From positions 28,392,326 through 28,456,325 of the forward strand of contig JAUZTB010000063.1 in NCBI GenBank assembly GCA_034780895.1: 64,000 nt of DNA. The letters run 5' to 3'. The stretch's first letter is position 1. Each line of letters starts with the position of its first letter. The stretch is from Rhynchobatus australiae (Eukaryota). The notes below the pieces were generated by a model. That model saw only the letters and a list, made by a program, of their open reading frames with translations. It ran no database searches and was not told the origin of the DNA. Positions 1 through 12,790 of this stretch are shown in pieces. Made by a program: the position numbers and the translations under genes.

Positions 1-264
1 GAGATACGGCCCTCAACAGTGGTATCATCTGCAAACTTGTAGATGGAGTTAGAGCAAAATCTGACCACACAGTCATAGGGAGTAGAGTAGAGGGCTGAGG
101 ACGCAGCCTTGTTGGGCACCAGTGTTGAGAATAATCATGGCGGAGGTATTGCTGCTTATCCTCACTGATTGTGGTCTGTTTGTTAGAAAGTCAAGATCCA
201 GTTACAGAGGGAAGTGTTGAGTTCTAGGTCTTGGAGTTTGGTGACAAGCTTACTTGGGATTATT
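1..264 (-). mobile_element. Rex1/Babar-type LINE reverse transcriptase fragment (runs off the window start)
   Basis: The minus strand translates, with frameshifts, to IIPSKLVTKLQDLELNTSLCNW..DFLTNRPQSVRISSNTSAMIILNTGAQQGCVLSPLLYS..DCVVRFCSNSIYKFADDTTVEGRI. This contains the QG and (Y/F)ADD RT motifs in Rex-like context. Confidence 0.85.
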
Positions 265-985
265 ATGTCAGTGTCATAACTGCACTGGAACAACTTGGTG
301 AGAAGTGCAGCTAGTTCTTGAGTTCGGGTCTTATGTACCAGAGCTGGGATGTTGTCTAGACTTTGCTGTATCCAGTGCTCATGGCTATTTCATGTGGGGT
401 GGATCAAATTGGTTGGAGACTGATAACTGTGATGGTGGGGATCTCAGAGGGAAGCTGAGATGAATAATCTCTTCAACACTTTTGGCTGAAAATGATTGCG
501 AATACTTCAGCCTTGCCTTTAGCACCTATGTGCTAGGCCCTGCCATTCCTTGAAGATAAGAATAGGCTCCAAGAACATCCTCCCGTTAGCTGTTGAATTG
601 ACTGCCACTATTCACAACCACACATGGTATGATTGCAGAACTTCTCTCTGAGTTGGGTGTGAAGTTGCTTAGCTCTGCCGATTGCATACTTTTTTTCTCT
701 TTCAAATGCATGTAGTTCTGTGTTGCAGCCTCTCCAGGCTGGCATCTCATCGTTTTTAGGTAAACCCAGTGCAGCCCCCAGCAGCCCCAAACTCCTTGTT
801 GAACCAGGGTTTATTCCCTGGCTTGATGGTAATGGTAAAGTGAGGAAGTAGTGCTGGCCCTGAGGTTGCAGATTGTGGTGGTGTGTCTCTCTGTCCACAG
901 TTGCTAATGGGCATCCAGAGTTGAGTTGGCAGATCCATTCATGAGCCTACTCTATATCGCATAATTGAAGTGCCACACAATAGAA
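265..985 (-). mobile_element. Decayed CR1-group LINE (Crack/Daphne-like, clade uncertain), endonuclease-RT linker region
   Basis: Minus-strand peptides PHFTITIKPGNKPWFNKE, KKYAIGRAKQLHTQLREKFC and DNIPALVHKTRTQELAALLTKLFQC match the non-LTR tether region. Many stops and frameshifts. Confidence 0.7.
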
Positions 986-1551
986 TTTAACCTTGCGCAG
1001 CAATTGAAGAAAATAAAACAAAATTGTTTCAATATTACTGTTCAGTGGATTAGAAATTTGACACTGACATCAATGGAGAAAATAATTTCCAATTTACTTT
1101 TTTAGGTTTTGACATTCTAAGTATTTTTAAACCAAGTTATTGTGATTGGATTAATGTATCTTTCTGTTGCCAAGCTATCAAACCAGCTTTGTTCTCCATG
1201 TATGAAACCAAATCTTATCTCTGAGGGAATTGGGAAGAATAAATTGACTCTCCTTGCAAGAATGCTGAAGATAAATTGCCAGTAAAATATACTGGGAAGA
1301 AAGTCTTTTTCCTTTGGGTCTTGCTAATTAATGATCATGAGAGGGGAAAAAAGTGACAGGCTAAAAAAAAATGCATTTCATTTGAATAAGCATTTTTCTC
1401 CAAGTTACATTTGTGCAAATATATCTCTAGCAAAGGTAGCTTACAGAAGGAGCTGCATTTTCTTCACTTACATACGGTAGTTGGGGATGATCCGCAGGCA
1501 TGGGTTTGGGATGTTGATAATATTTCACTCTCAAATGACATAACTGCATTG

Positions 1552-1684
1552 ATTTACCAGGATGCTGCCTGGATTAGAGTGTATGGAATATGAGGAGAGG
1601 CTTAAGATGCTAGGGCTTTACTCACTGGAGAGGAGGAGGATGAGGGGAGACATGATAGAGGTGTATAAAATGTTGAGAGGGATA
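1552..1684 (+). mobile_element. CR1 (HER1-like) LINE ORF2 C-terminal fragment, cut off by an assembly gap
   Basis: MLPGLECMEYEERLKMLGLYSLERRRMRGDMIEVYKMLRGI matches the conserved CR1 C-terminal YEERL..LGL.SLERRR.RGD.IEVYK motif. Confidence 0.9.
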
Positions 1685-2004
1685 NNNNNNNNNNNNNNNN
1701 NNNNNNNNNNNNNNNNNNNNNNNNNNNNNNNNNNNNNNNNNNNNNNNNNNNNNNNNNNNNNNNNNNNNNNNNNNNNNNNNNNNNNNNNNNNNNNNNNNNN
1801 NNNNNNNNNNNNNNNNNNNNNNNNNNNNNNNNNNNNNNNNNNNNNNNNNNNNNNNNNNNNNNNNNNNNNNNNNNNNNNNNNNNNNNNNNNNNNNNNNNNN
1901 NNNNNNNNNNNNNNNNNNNNNNNNNNNNNNNNNNNNNNNNNNNNNNNNNNNNNNNNNNNNNNNNNNNNNNNNTGCAATGTTGGGTGGGGGGTAATAAAGA
2001 TTAA

Positions 2005-2690
2005 AAAAAACTGCTGGAGATACTTAGTAGGTCAGACAGCATCTGTGGAGAAGGAAACAGTTAATATTTCAGGTTCAACCGAATAGGGAAAAGTGAGTGA
2101 GGTTGAAGCTGGAGAGAGGGGGAGGAGTTGGGGGGGGGGGGTGGTTGGGGGAGAAGGAAAGACTGTGATAGGGTGGAGACCAAGACAGATGCAATACTGT
2201 TGTCTAAGAGAGGATGATGAATGCTTAGCTGACAGGAGGATGAATGAGGACCGTAAATGAAAGAAAAACATGCTGGAACTGTGAGATGCGAAACACAAAA
2301 ATTGCTGGAAATCTGAAATGATAGAGAATGGAGATTGCAGCATTTGTGGAGAGAGGAAAGCTGAATTAATGTTACAGGAGTATGGTCTCGCATTAGAACC
2401 AGCTAGTTACAGAACAAATACAGGAATGGATGGGGATCCGAAACTGTTGAATTCAGTATTGGGTTCCGAGAGCTGCAATGAGGTGCCAAGGAATCTTGGT
2501 TTCAATCCTGTCACAGACTGTTTCTCCTCTCTTTCCCCCTGTCTGCAACTTAAAACTTGCTCTCTTTTTCTGGTTCTGATGAAAAATAATTGACCTAAAG
2601 CGTGAACTGTTTATTTGTCCACAGATACTGTCTGAGCTGCTCTTCAGAATTTTCCGTTTTTATTTCAGATTTCTTGCGTCTGCACTTTTT
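2005..2690. mobile_element. Penelope-like element remnant: two minus-strand pseudo-LTR copies, an ORF C-terminus and an inverted plus-strand pseudo-LTR
   Basis: tgctgga..cagcatctgtggaga..gttaat motifs occur at ~2010-2078 and ~2300-2398. The minus strand at ~2441-2491 reads LGTSLQLSEPNTEFNSF, similar to the PLE C-terminal LGTLQP.GLN.EF. An inverted copy at ~2520-2690 has CTGATGA at 2576-2582. Confidence 0.7.
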
Positions 2691-4317
2691 GTTTGCTTTT
2701 CCTTTATGCATATCCAGACTACTGAGTGATATGCTATTTCTAAGAAGAATGTAGCATATTAGCTCTTGCATTTTGAATATGCAACAGTGAGTCCCATTTA
2801 AATTTTGTTAAGTATTAAAGGAGCCACTTAGAGCAGTTAAAGAATGGGGAAGAAGTGTTGCTTAGATGCACTGCAGAAAAAAAGTTGATTAAACAGCAAC
2901 CAGGATCTCTGAATTCACTCCTAACCTTGTTGAGGGTATTGCCAGAGTGGATCAGTATCACTTGGATTCTATTTTGTAAATTAAATGGAGAAAATTTCAC
3001 AGATACATACCAGTGACAGCAGGTCCTTGATCTCTGCAAGTCTTTATGGAGTACACAGCAACATTCTACCATAAAAGTAAAATCAATGTGCTTTCAAGTT
3101 TTTGTGTAATTTTTGAAGTTTGTTTATGATGTGGTAAACAATGTTTTATGCTGCAGGTTGGTTTATGGAGAGACAAACTGCCAATGTTTTGGGCCTAAGT
3201 AATTGGCACTAATTCATCTCTCTGATGTTTTCTTCACTCAATAGCTTATTTTTAACCAAACCACTACATCCCATTGTGTCTCCACCCTGTAAGCATGGCG
3301 GGAGTGTTAAGTGGGTGTCAATCTGTTAGCTGAAGTGCGACATTTATTATATCAGTGGCTGTTGGTGCAATTTGCAACTGACTGCAGATGCAGATTTTTC
3401 TGGACTAAACCTTCTCCAACATGCATATATTATTAAAGCTTTTATCCTGCTTGTTCTTGACAGGGTAATTTTAATTAAATATTTTTTTTTGCCATATTTG
3501 TGCCTGAGTGAGATTTTTAAAAAAAAATCTAGTTTTAGGTTATGGCCTTTGAATAGTGATATTGCTGCAATACAGATGAACCTTCAGTATGACTTCGACA
3601 AAGGTTCTTCACAAGTATCAACATTTTCTGTCCAACAATACATTAATTTTGGCTGCTGAGATATTGGAGAATGGCACCTGAGTTTTTTTTAATCAAGATT
3701 GTGCGTTATCCAGAAAGTAGCTGTTGGGTAGCAGTTGCTAACCCTGGAACATATGAGTAATCTGCATCACTGAACTGAAAACTTGTACTTCAGAGGCCTG
3801 AATTTCTTAAAAGAGTTCAATGGTAATTATTTATGGATTTCTAGGTTGATCAAGTCAGCAAAAAATAGATGCTGTGAGTTCATTTAAAAATCATACTGGT
3901 GCCTGTGTTCTATAAACTTGCATACATCAGAGCACTAAAATATTTTTTGGTGTTAGTTCTCACTGATAAGTACATCACAAGCTTCTCTCTGATCACAACT
4001 CTGCTGCAAAAAGTCTGTTACAAAAATATCTGCTCTGATAAAGCTTATTTCTGCAAATTAATATGTATTGTTGAAGAAAACAGCTGAATAAATCAAATTT
4101 ACAGAGACCAAAATGGTATGAGGGACCTGACACATTGACAAAGACATGACCACAGTGTTCCAATGTTATACCTCCATGAATGAGCAGATTTAGTAGTTAG
4201 GAAATCTAGGGGTGTTTNNNNNNNNNNNNNNNNNNNNNNNNNNNNNNNNNNNNNNNNNNNNNNNNNNNNNNNNNNNNNNNNNNNNNNNNNNCTATCTCAT
4301 GATTTCATGATTAGTGA

Positions 4318-4616
4318 AGCCATATGAACATTCAAATAAATAGTGAGAATAGATCATTTCGCCCCTTAAGCCTTCTGTGCCATTTTATAAGATCATGGGT
4401 GATCTGATTGTAACTTCAACTCCTCATTCCAGTCTACCAGCTGTAACCTTTGACCCCCCCTTGCTTTTTAAGATTTTACTCCCTTTGCCTAAAAATAAAT
4501 TCAAAGACTCTGCTTCCACTACCTTCCAGGAATGGAGTTCCAGATTCTCAGCTGTATGCGATAGAAAATAATTCACCTCATTTCTGTTTTAAATGTCAGC
4601 CCCTTGTTTTTAAACA
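4318..4616 (-). mobile_element. Decayed CR1 LINE 3' end
   Basis: Resembles the reverse complement of a CR1 3' UTR and ORF2 end (gccccttaagcc..ccattttataagatcatgggtgatctg..gactctgcttccact..gagttccagattc). Confidence 0.7.
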
Positions 4617-4727
4617 GATCCAGTGAAACTCTGTGGGATCACTGCTAAATTTTTGAATGTGGTTGTCACTGAGTGATTGCATAATCACTTCCAAAACTAG
4701 CGAGAGAGATTTGGCCAAACCATCATT

Positions 4728-4966
4728 AAATGGACATGGCTTTAAAGTAATGGGTGGGAAGTTCAAAGGAGATATCAGAGGAAGATATTTTTTACCCAGA
4801 GAGTGGTTGGGGCATGGAATGCACTTCCTGGGGTGGTGGGGGAGGCAGGTACATTGGTCAAATTCAAGGTAAGCATGTGGAGGAATTTAAAATAGAGGGA
4901 TATGTGGGAGGAAGGGGTTAGATAGTCTTCGGCAAGGTTTAAAGGTCAGCACAACATTGTGGGTTG
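4728..4966 (+). mobile_element. CR1 LINE 3' end
   Basis: GHGFKVMGGKFKGDIRGRYF..QRVVGAWNALPG motif, followed by a ..cacaacattgtggg tail. Confidence 0.85.
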
Positions 4967-7807
4967 GAGATTCCATGAAATGTTGCCTTCTGATTCACTC
5001 AACTGGGCAGCTTGTTAACAGTTGATGATGGAATACTCTCTTGCTTCAGACAAGCCTGTACTATACCAAAAAAAAGATCTTGCAAGAAGTTGTCGGTAGG
5101 TTGGACAGCGTCTGTACAGGGAGAAATGAAGTTAATACTTATCCATTTTCAGAATTGTAGTTGGGAGACTGGAAAACAAATTTGAACCAAATGTAAAGTC
5201 AAACTCTCAATGTTTTTTGTACGTGGGTCTAGTGCTATTCTGTATGTGAGATTTTCTCATTAGGCATGTGATGTGTCACCTCTAGTACTTGTCTATTATC
5301 TTCTCAACTTGCTGAGAAATATTACCAAATTGATGATCCATTGTTCACCAAGCCACCCATCACAAAGGGCATGCTGACTAAAGTACATTCCACTTCTTCA
5401 GGACTCTTCATTCACATAAATAATTAACAAACCAAAAAAAAATCTTGTGTAATGAACGAACAGGAGAAACAGGCAAGCAGATGAGAATGCGCTCAAGNNN
5501 NNNNNNNNNNNNNGTAATACCAATCTTGACAGCTATAAAGCCCTCATGGCTGATCACATTAGCTGGTGCACAGCAATATGCCAGCATGTTGCCTTCCTTC
5601 AGAAACAGCAGAAACAATAAAGTCAGAAGTAATGCCCTGCTTATCTCAGATAAGCCAGTGGATCTTTATGTGTGCGATTACTTCCTCTTTTAAATGTGTC
5701 TTTAAAATTATAAGTACAGCGGTCAATTTATTTGCTTTACAGCATTATGTGGCATTGAAATCTACTGTCTTAAAATGACTTGGTTTAAGTTGTAATGGTT
5801 TTGTTTTTAAGTTGCATCCTACTACTTTGTAACATATGATCAAAGCATTGATTTTGACCATTTAACAATTACACCGTACTGTGTTCCATATTCCCTGATT
5901 TAACAGATATTTATGAGAACCAAAGATCCTTTTTCCATTTACAATATCAGATGTACTGCAATTATGTGCATTAAATACCATTTGCTTTTGATTGGCTGAT
6001 CCATTTGTAATGAATCCTTTGCATACACTGATCTCACTGATTCTTGAACATCTGGTCACATTACTTGTTGTCATCATGATAGTAACAGATTTTCAATTAT
6101 GCTAGAGGTTATGTTATTGTAAAGATCAGAGGAAAATGTTGAGAGAAAAGGTACATGGTTGGAAGAATTTGAACAAGATACTCCACGAGACTTGGATAAG
6201 TTGCCTTTCGATCAGAATCTGAAAGATGAAAGGAATTGGGAAATAAATATAAGATTTACACAAACACATTTGAACATGTTATATAGGTCATTAAGTGTTC
6301 ATTGTTAGGCAATTCTAGGGTGTTGCCATTTACATTGAAGCTTAAAATTGTGTTAAATTTCAGTGAAATATTTTCTTCTCTGTATCAAATGGACCAAGTG
6401 TTGTTGTCCTAGTCCCATTGCCCAGAATGACAGCTCACAGCCCATCAAAGTTTCAGAGTTAACCTGGTCTGGATATGGAGGGCCAGTCTTATTCACCCAG
6501 ACTTCAGCAGTCTGAGCTGTATGACAGCCCAGCCTCCAATGGTGCAATGGAGAGGCCTAGCCCCTGAAAGCTTTGACTGCTGACAAAGCCCCACTGCAAG
6601 CATTCTCCACCAGAAAAGCTGAGTGTGATTTATCATAGTCTTCAAATGTCTCTGACATTCAGATGTATTTAAAAGTAATTAGGTTTGTAGAAAATAATTT
6701 TAAAAATGTAAAGCTTATTTATTTTTAAAACAATATTGTTTGATTTAAAAACATTGAAAAATACTTAAATAAATAAAAACATTAAATCAAAGCATAATAA
6801 TTAAAGATAATTCACCCACCCTTTTGCCCCTTAATGCAAAGTCCTACAAACCCCATTGAAATCCAAAGGGTATTGTCCCCTGCACTGGACCTTACCTGAA
6901 GCTGGGTTTGTGTTAAAGGGATCCATTCAAAGCTGCCACAGTAGCCAATGAGATCTAGCTCATTATCTCAACAATAGCATTTAATATTCCACCAAAGCTT
7001 AAGGATATTTAAGGCCCAGACACAGTAAACAAAAGTATACGAAAGCCCTTGGTACTGACCTTGAGAAAAGCCACCCTCAAGGATCTTTGTGAAGAAAACA
7101 TTCTCTTCTCTGATACCTGCTGCCATTGATTGTCAGTTTTATGGGATCACCTGTTGCCCAGAATTTAAGATGCCATCAACCTGGGTAAGTGGAAATTCTT
7201 TAATGCAAGATGCCACACAGGGGATACCAGGAAGCAATTTTTATTTACGTTTTTGAAGACTAAATGCAGTGCCAAATAAAGATGAGGCCCAATAGATACG
7301 AGTGAGGTAAAAGTTGAAATACCATAAATTAACTTAAATAATTCTTTATTTTGAAATATTTGGATAAGGAAATTCATTTTAAAATGTAAAATTTATGACC
7401 AATAATTTGATAATCAGTAACTCAAACATCATGCAATTTTGGGGTAATTTACAGAGAGATTAGTTTGCAAATCTCTGAAATTCATGCTAGTTCAGTTGAT
7501 TTCCCTTAATTAAGATGGTGAATGCCACAAACAGCAGAACCTGCAAATGTTCACCAGATCAATGACAGGAATATTAGAAATTGCATATTAAGACAGGCAG
7601 GAAATTTATGAGCATCCTTTCAGTTTTTTGATGTAATGATGGTGAATTCTGGTAGCTTGGCTGTCATCAGTGCAGAGAAGTTTGGGTCTTGAATTCCAGC
7701 ATTTTTATTCGGGATGTCAGTCCAAACATTGGTAGTGGTACAATTCAAGTAAAAGTTATTAATTTTTTCTCTGAACAGAACAATTGTCACTTTTGAGTTA
7801 TCAGTAT

Positions 7808-8411
7808 TGTTATGAACCAGCAACAAAAGAAACACACCGAGACATGTATAAGTGTTAAAAACTATTTTATTATTAACTATTTATGATAATAAGAAAAATA
7901 AAAGTAAAAATGTTACAAGTAAAAATGTTAGTTCTTAAACATTGACCCTAAAAACTAAACTTGCAGTGTGCGTGTGTGTGGCAAACTCCCAAACTCCAAA
8001 TCCAAGAATAATTCTCAAAGTTCAGTTCAGCAAGCCATAAGATGAAACGTGAGCAAAGGCTTCTTCAACAACCACCGTTGACTGAAGACAAAATGTAAAG
8101 AGAAAAATAGAGAGTAATTACGAAATCCAAATGTTCCACGATGGAACCCATACAACACCTCAGTGTCTACTCAGCAGTGACACTACTCCACCACATCTGC
8201 CTCACCCCGAAAGGCACTCGAATCGTGGCTGTCCGCACAAATACCTGTTTCTTTCTACAGGTCAACGACAAAGTGAAGTCCACTGCTTTGGTCCGAAGAA
8301 TCTGCCACCCCAAAAAGCATCCGAGATGTGGCCGTCCACACAAATACCTGTTTCCCTCTACAGGTTAACGACAAAGTGGACTCCACCAGATTACTCCAAA
8401 AATCCATACGT
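7808..8411. mobile_element. Solo-LTR-like element (Gypsy-type inferred); right end lost in a gap
   Basis: Begins TGTTATGAA directly after GTAT. Carries an internal ~60-bp imperfect direct repeat (gtggc.gtcc.cacaaatacctgtttc..tctacaggt.aacgacaaagtg at ~8225 and ~8328). Shares this block with the element at 35744-35997, which ends in TGTAACA. Confidence 0.6.
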
Positions 8412-10074
8412 NNNNNNNNNNNNNNNNNNNNNNNNNNNNNNNNNNNNNNNNNNNNNNNNNNNNNNNNNNNNNNNNNNNNNNNNNNNNNNNNNNNNNNNNN
8501 NNNNNNNNNNNGCGGGGGGGGCGGGGGGGTGGGGATAATGGGTAGATAGAGCTTGGTGGGAGAGAGGGAGAGTGTTGAGATGGAGTCTGGTGACATTTCC
8601 ACTTTGGTATTGACTTGGATTAAAATTGAACCTGATCTACCCTTGGCAAAAATTGAACGTAGTGACAATGATTTCAGGAAAAATTATTTTAGAAAATGCT
8701 GTGGAATTTGGTAGGAATTCTTTTTGAAAGGAACTTATTCCTTTCACTGACCTGAAGATGGTTTTCCAAAGGGCAATTCTTCAATGAAATGGTTGAGTCA
8801 AACAAACAGCAAGCCATTGGCCACTCTGGAAAGATTTACTATTGTGCATTTCCAGAAGCTGTTGTTCTGACTGTATGTTAGGAGGAGTTGGCTACCAGGC
8901 TGATTAATCTTTTTATCTCATGCCTTGGAATTTGTATAGGAACTAGGAACGTGCTTCCAGGATGGACATGGAAAGGTATTATAAATTTTAATGACTTTAT
9001 GATTTTAATCAGCTTATTCAGATTTTTCTTTTAACAACAAAAGTTTTTGCCAATTTATTTTTGTATTGGATTATAGACATGCAGCTGCACATTGTTCAGT
9101 GCAGGCTTCCCAGTGATGCTAAACAATTCTGTCATCTAATTTTCAATCAATGAAGCTGAAGAATTCAAAGATTTTACAATCTCTGATGTATTTTTTTGTA
9201 GCTAAATGCAAGCCAGCACCTTGGTTAAGTGCCTTATCCAATAAGTTAATTCACCAGCAGTACATTAAAATTTATAATATCTTTCAACCAGAGGTGTGTT
9301 CTTAAATACATTACAGCAGCTGTTCTCTTTCCTCTTTGTGCAGGTCTTTGTAATCTAACAATCTTCCTAATAACATAAAACCAATTTGCATCACAATCAC
9401 TTGTCACTCAGTGAAGTTATCCTGTTCAGGCTTTTATGCTTGGTTGAAATAATAGAGGAGCGTTCAGGTTCTTCAATTTCATCTGTGTCTGCAGAAGCAC
9501 AAAGAACAGTATAAAGTTAATGAACTTATGAGAAGAAACATAGCAATATCTAGACGCTAATACAGATAAATTTGTGCAGATGACTTTTAGTAAATGCAAT
9601 GCCAATTAAGGTCTTTAAAAGCTGTTAACCATGGTATTGAAATCTATAAGCATGTAAGTCAAATTTATAATGTTTTCCATCTCCAGTTCATTTGTGTGAA
9701 TCAATACATGGTAGGGGTTTATATCTGTACAAAATCAGCCAGTTGTGGTATGTTGGTTAAGCCATGAAAGATTCTTGTAAACAAGTACTGAAGCTGCATT
9801 GGACCACACTAGGATGATGGAGAGACCACTTGAGGTATCCAAGGAATTGAATTTGAACATTGGAAAGAACATCTTGCTTAATATCACTTGAGACAATTCA
9901 GACAACTTCACTTTTAAAATTATTTGCAATATATCTTGATGTACTGTGCAAAACTGCATATTTTATACGACTGCATGTTAAACGCATTCATCTAGTTTTT
10001 GTTTAAATATTGATTTTATCTTTAAGTAATCATAGCATTCCCCAGCATTTCTCAATGCTTTTACCAACTGCAAC

Positions 10075-10660
10075 AATAGCGACTTTCCATTTGCATAGAT
10101 CCTTTACGATAGTAAGCATTTTCTATGAGCATTGCTAATCATAAGATTGATGCCTGTATTGTAAGGAGAGATTGATAAGTCTTAAGGAGTGCCTTAAAAT
10201 GAAATGAAGAAGTGAATGAATTTTGGGAGACAATTCTTCAACGCTTGGGCCATGGCTGCCAAATGCATAGTCATCACTTATGGGGAGATTTTCAGGCATG
10301 TGCGGGCTCAGGAATAGAGGGTAACATTTGATATCTGAAGAACATAAAACTGTAAGATAGCCAAGTTTTTTCCAAAATCAGGAGGAGAATTTTTAATTTG
10401 AGGTATGTTTATTTGTGAAGATATACAGGTCAGCAACTAGTGGTGTGTTGGATCAATGTACTCAGTTTGTGATTAGTCAGAGTGCTGGATGGTCTGAAGA
10501 AGACAGACAATACAGTAAGGGAGGTGAGTTAAGAGTGCATTGGAAGAGCCAAACTGAAAGGTAATAGAGGAATGGACAAGGGTTTCAAAAGTAGGTGAAC
10601 TTGAGGGAAGGTGTCGTTAAGAGGGACAGAAATAGGTAGTCTTGTTGGCATGAATATGAA
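10075..10660 (-). mobile_element. Highly decayed L2-like LINE 3' region
   Basis: Weak resemblance to the reverse complement of an L2 tail (aacaatagc..ttgcatagatcctttacg..gtcttaaggagtgccttaaa..ggagaattttta). No open frame. Confidence 0.4.
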
Positions 10661-11199
10661 GTTCAACTCTCAACTTGACGCCATTTGTTTTAGACATTTG
10701 CAAGAGAGAGGGCACTAAGTTCAAAGAAGGCTGAGATTTAGCACTCAACTCAACAATGGTAATAGAATTCATTTAAATGGATGATCTGAATATGATTTAG
10801 CCCATCAGTTTGATTATGTGGTTTAGTTCTAAGTATAGAATTGTCTTCCAGATATTAACTGTTTTGTTAAAGTTTTTCCCCACCATTTATTTACCATCAT
10901 TTTGGATTTTATTTAAAACAGTTTGATTGAATTTGCTTCTGTTTAATGTAATAGATTTGAGATAGCAAATTGCATTGGTTTCACAAAATTTCACTCCATA
11001 TTATAAACAGAATTTATTGGTATGAAATGACTAACCATCCAAAAAATATATACTGTTTAATATATATTTGCACTCTTGGATTTCCCAGGTATGGCTCAGA
11101 CTAAGTATCAGCATGCTTTGTTGTGTAATGTCAGGGAAATCGTATCACAAAATTCATGTATAATATTTACAGTTGAGTATTATTTTTTGCAGTCAGATA

Positions 11200-11246
11200 T
11201 TGTGGGCCAAAGGGTCTGTACTGTGCTGTAATCTTCTATGTTCTAG
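11200..11246 (+). mobile_element. Extreme 3' tail of a CR1/HE1-type element
   Basis: ttgtgggccaaagggtctgtactgtgctgtaatcttctatgttcta is the same tail type as at ~48730-48781. Confidence 0.65.
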
Positions 11247-12059
11247 ATCACATAGTTCCTAGAAGAACAGCTTTTCACTAGAATTTGGAAATGTTTGTAA
11301 GGGATCTCCCCATAGATATCTGGACTAAATACATGTTTAANNNNNNNNNNNNNNNNNNNNNNNNNNNNNNNNNNNNNNNNNNNNNNNNNNATATGCTGTA
11401 TCACACTCAAATATGTAATGAATGTTTAATATGTAAGGAGGAGCATTATTCTAGTCATTAATTTAGGTTTTTGGTGAAAATCAAGAAAGATACTTGACTT
11501 GTATGACTAATTTATATAATTTTTATAGAAATTCCCTGCAAGGGTGACTTGGAGTCACAATATTGTTTGTGCTGTTTCTTTCTCCAATCTTTCTCAGTAC
11601 TGCATACATTGTCTCTTGACTTGAATTTGTTTTGCATTGTTGGAAAAACACTACAGTTTCATGAGTTCCCTGTTAAAAGTTCTGCTCAGGAAAAAATACT
11701 CCTATCAAATGTATTTTTTCATTGAGCAATAATTTGACAAAGAAAATGATCCATAATTGACTCTTTGCTGGAGTATTGAAGGCAAGTCCCACTGCTCGGA
11801 TTCTTTGCTTCAATTTTTTTCTGCATTTGTGTTAAGTGATGCAGTGGTGCAGTCTTTAACTGCATCATGTGGCAAAAACATCTATATTCCTGACACCATG
11901 CAGCAGAATGGTTGGAGTGATTCAAGAAAGTGGCTCTCCCCCACTTAAATGCAATGAGAAATGAGAGGAAAAAAAAGTTTTCTGTAAGTGACATCTAAAT
12001 CTTGTTAAAATAATAAAACAGACATTCTTAGTTTTAAATTGATGATCCCTTGGTATTGA

Positions 12060-12790
12060 CCAGATTTATCTTCTCAAAACTCAAAAATTTATAAATGTGG
12101 TTAAATCTTCTTTTTGCCTCTTCCAGTGAATTGGGGAGAGTCCCAACATTTTGGGTCTCTTCTACAGTTTCTTAAATCCAATGGTCTTCTAGTGAGTTGG
12201 TGCTGTAACTTCACTTTGGTTTTAATACCTATTGTCCACGTGTCCAATACCATGTATGTGCTCTAAGTGCAATCTAGCAATTATAATTTTACTCTTAAAC
12301 ACACCACGCTACTCATAAAGCTCAAAATGTTATTAGCTTTTTGATGGCTTAATTATCTGCTCTTTTTAAAAATAATATAAACACCCTGTGAATTTGTTTT
12401 GTTTTGTGCTTCCTCAACATTATGTCAGATTTCTAGTCTCTCTTATTTTTCTCCAAAATATGTGACCATGACTTTTAACACATTAAAGGTCTACTTCATA
12501 AAATCTACTTCCTGGCTGCCCATTCTGCTAATGCTTGAGATGTTTCACAACCCTTTTTGCAATTTATCAAGCCCTAACTTATACATTCTGCAGCAGATTT
12601 GGATTGGCACTGAGCAATGGGGTGCATCACATTGTCATTCTTAAACAATCTGAAGAGCAGACTTTGACTCTAACCTTTTTGTTTCCTTTCTATGAAATTT
12701 TCATGTGTGTTGCTACTTTTCCTCAGGTCACTTTTTCATATTTTTGTACAAACCTTGATATGGGACACATTCTCAAAATACAAATATAAT
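12060..12790 (-). mobile_element. Highly decayed CR1 fragment
   Basis: Scattered CR1-like antisense blocks (taaatcttcttttt..ccagtgaa..cccaac; ctgcagcagatttg). No intact frame. Confidence 0.35.

Noticed and set aside
6340-7200. Possible ancient non-autonomous DNA transposon (shares a cc.attgaaatc motif and AT-rich core with ~13222-13730)
   Set aside because: Too decayed to define TIRs, TSDs or boundaries by eye.
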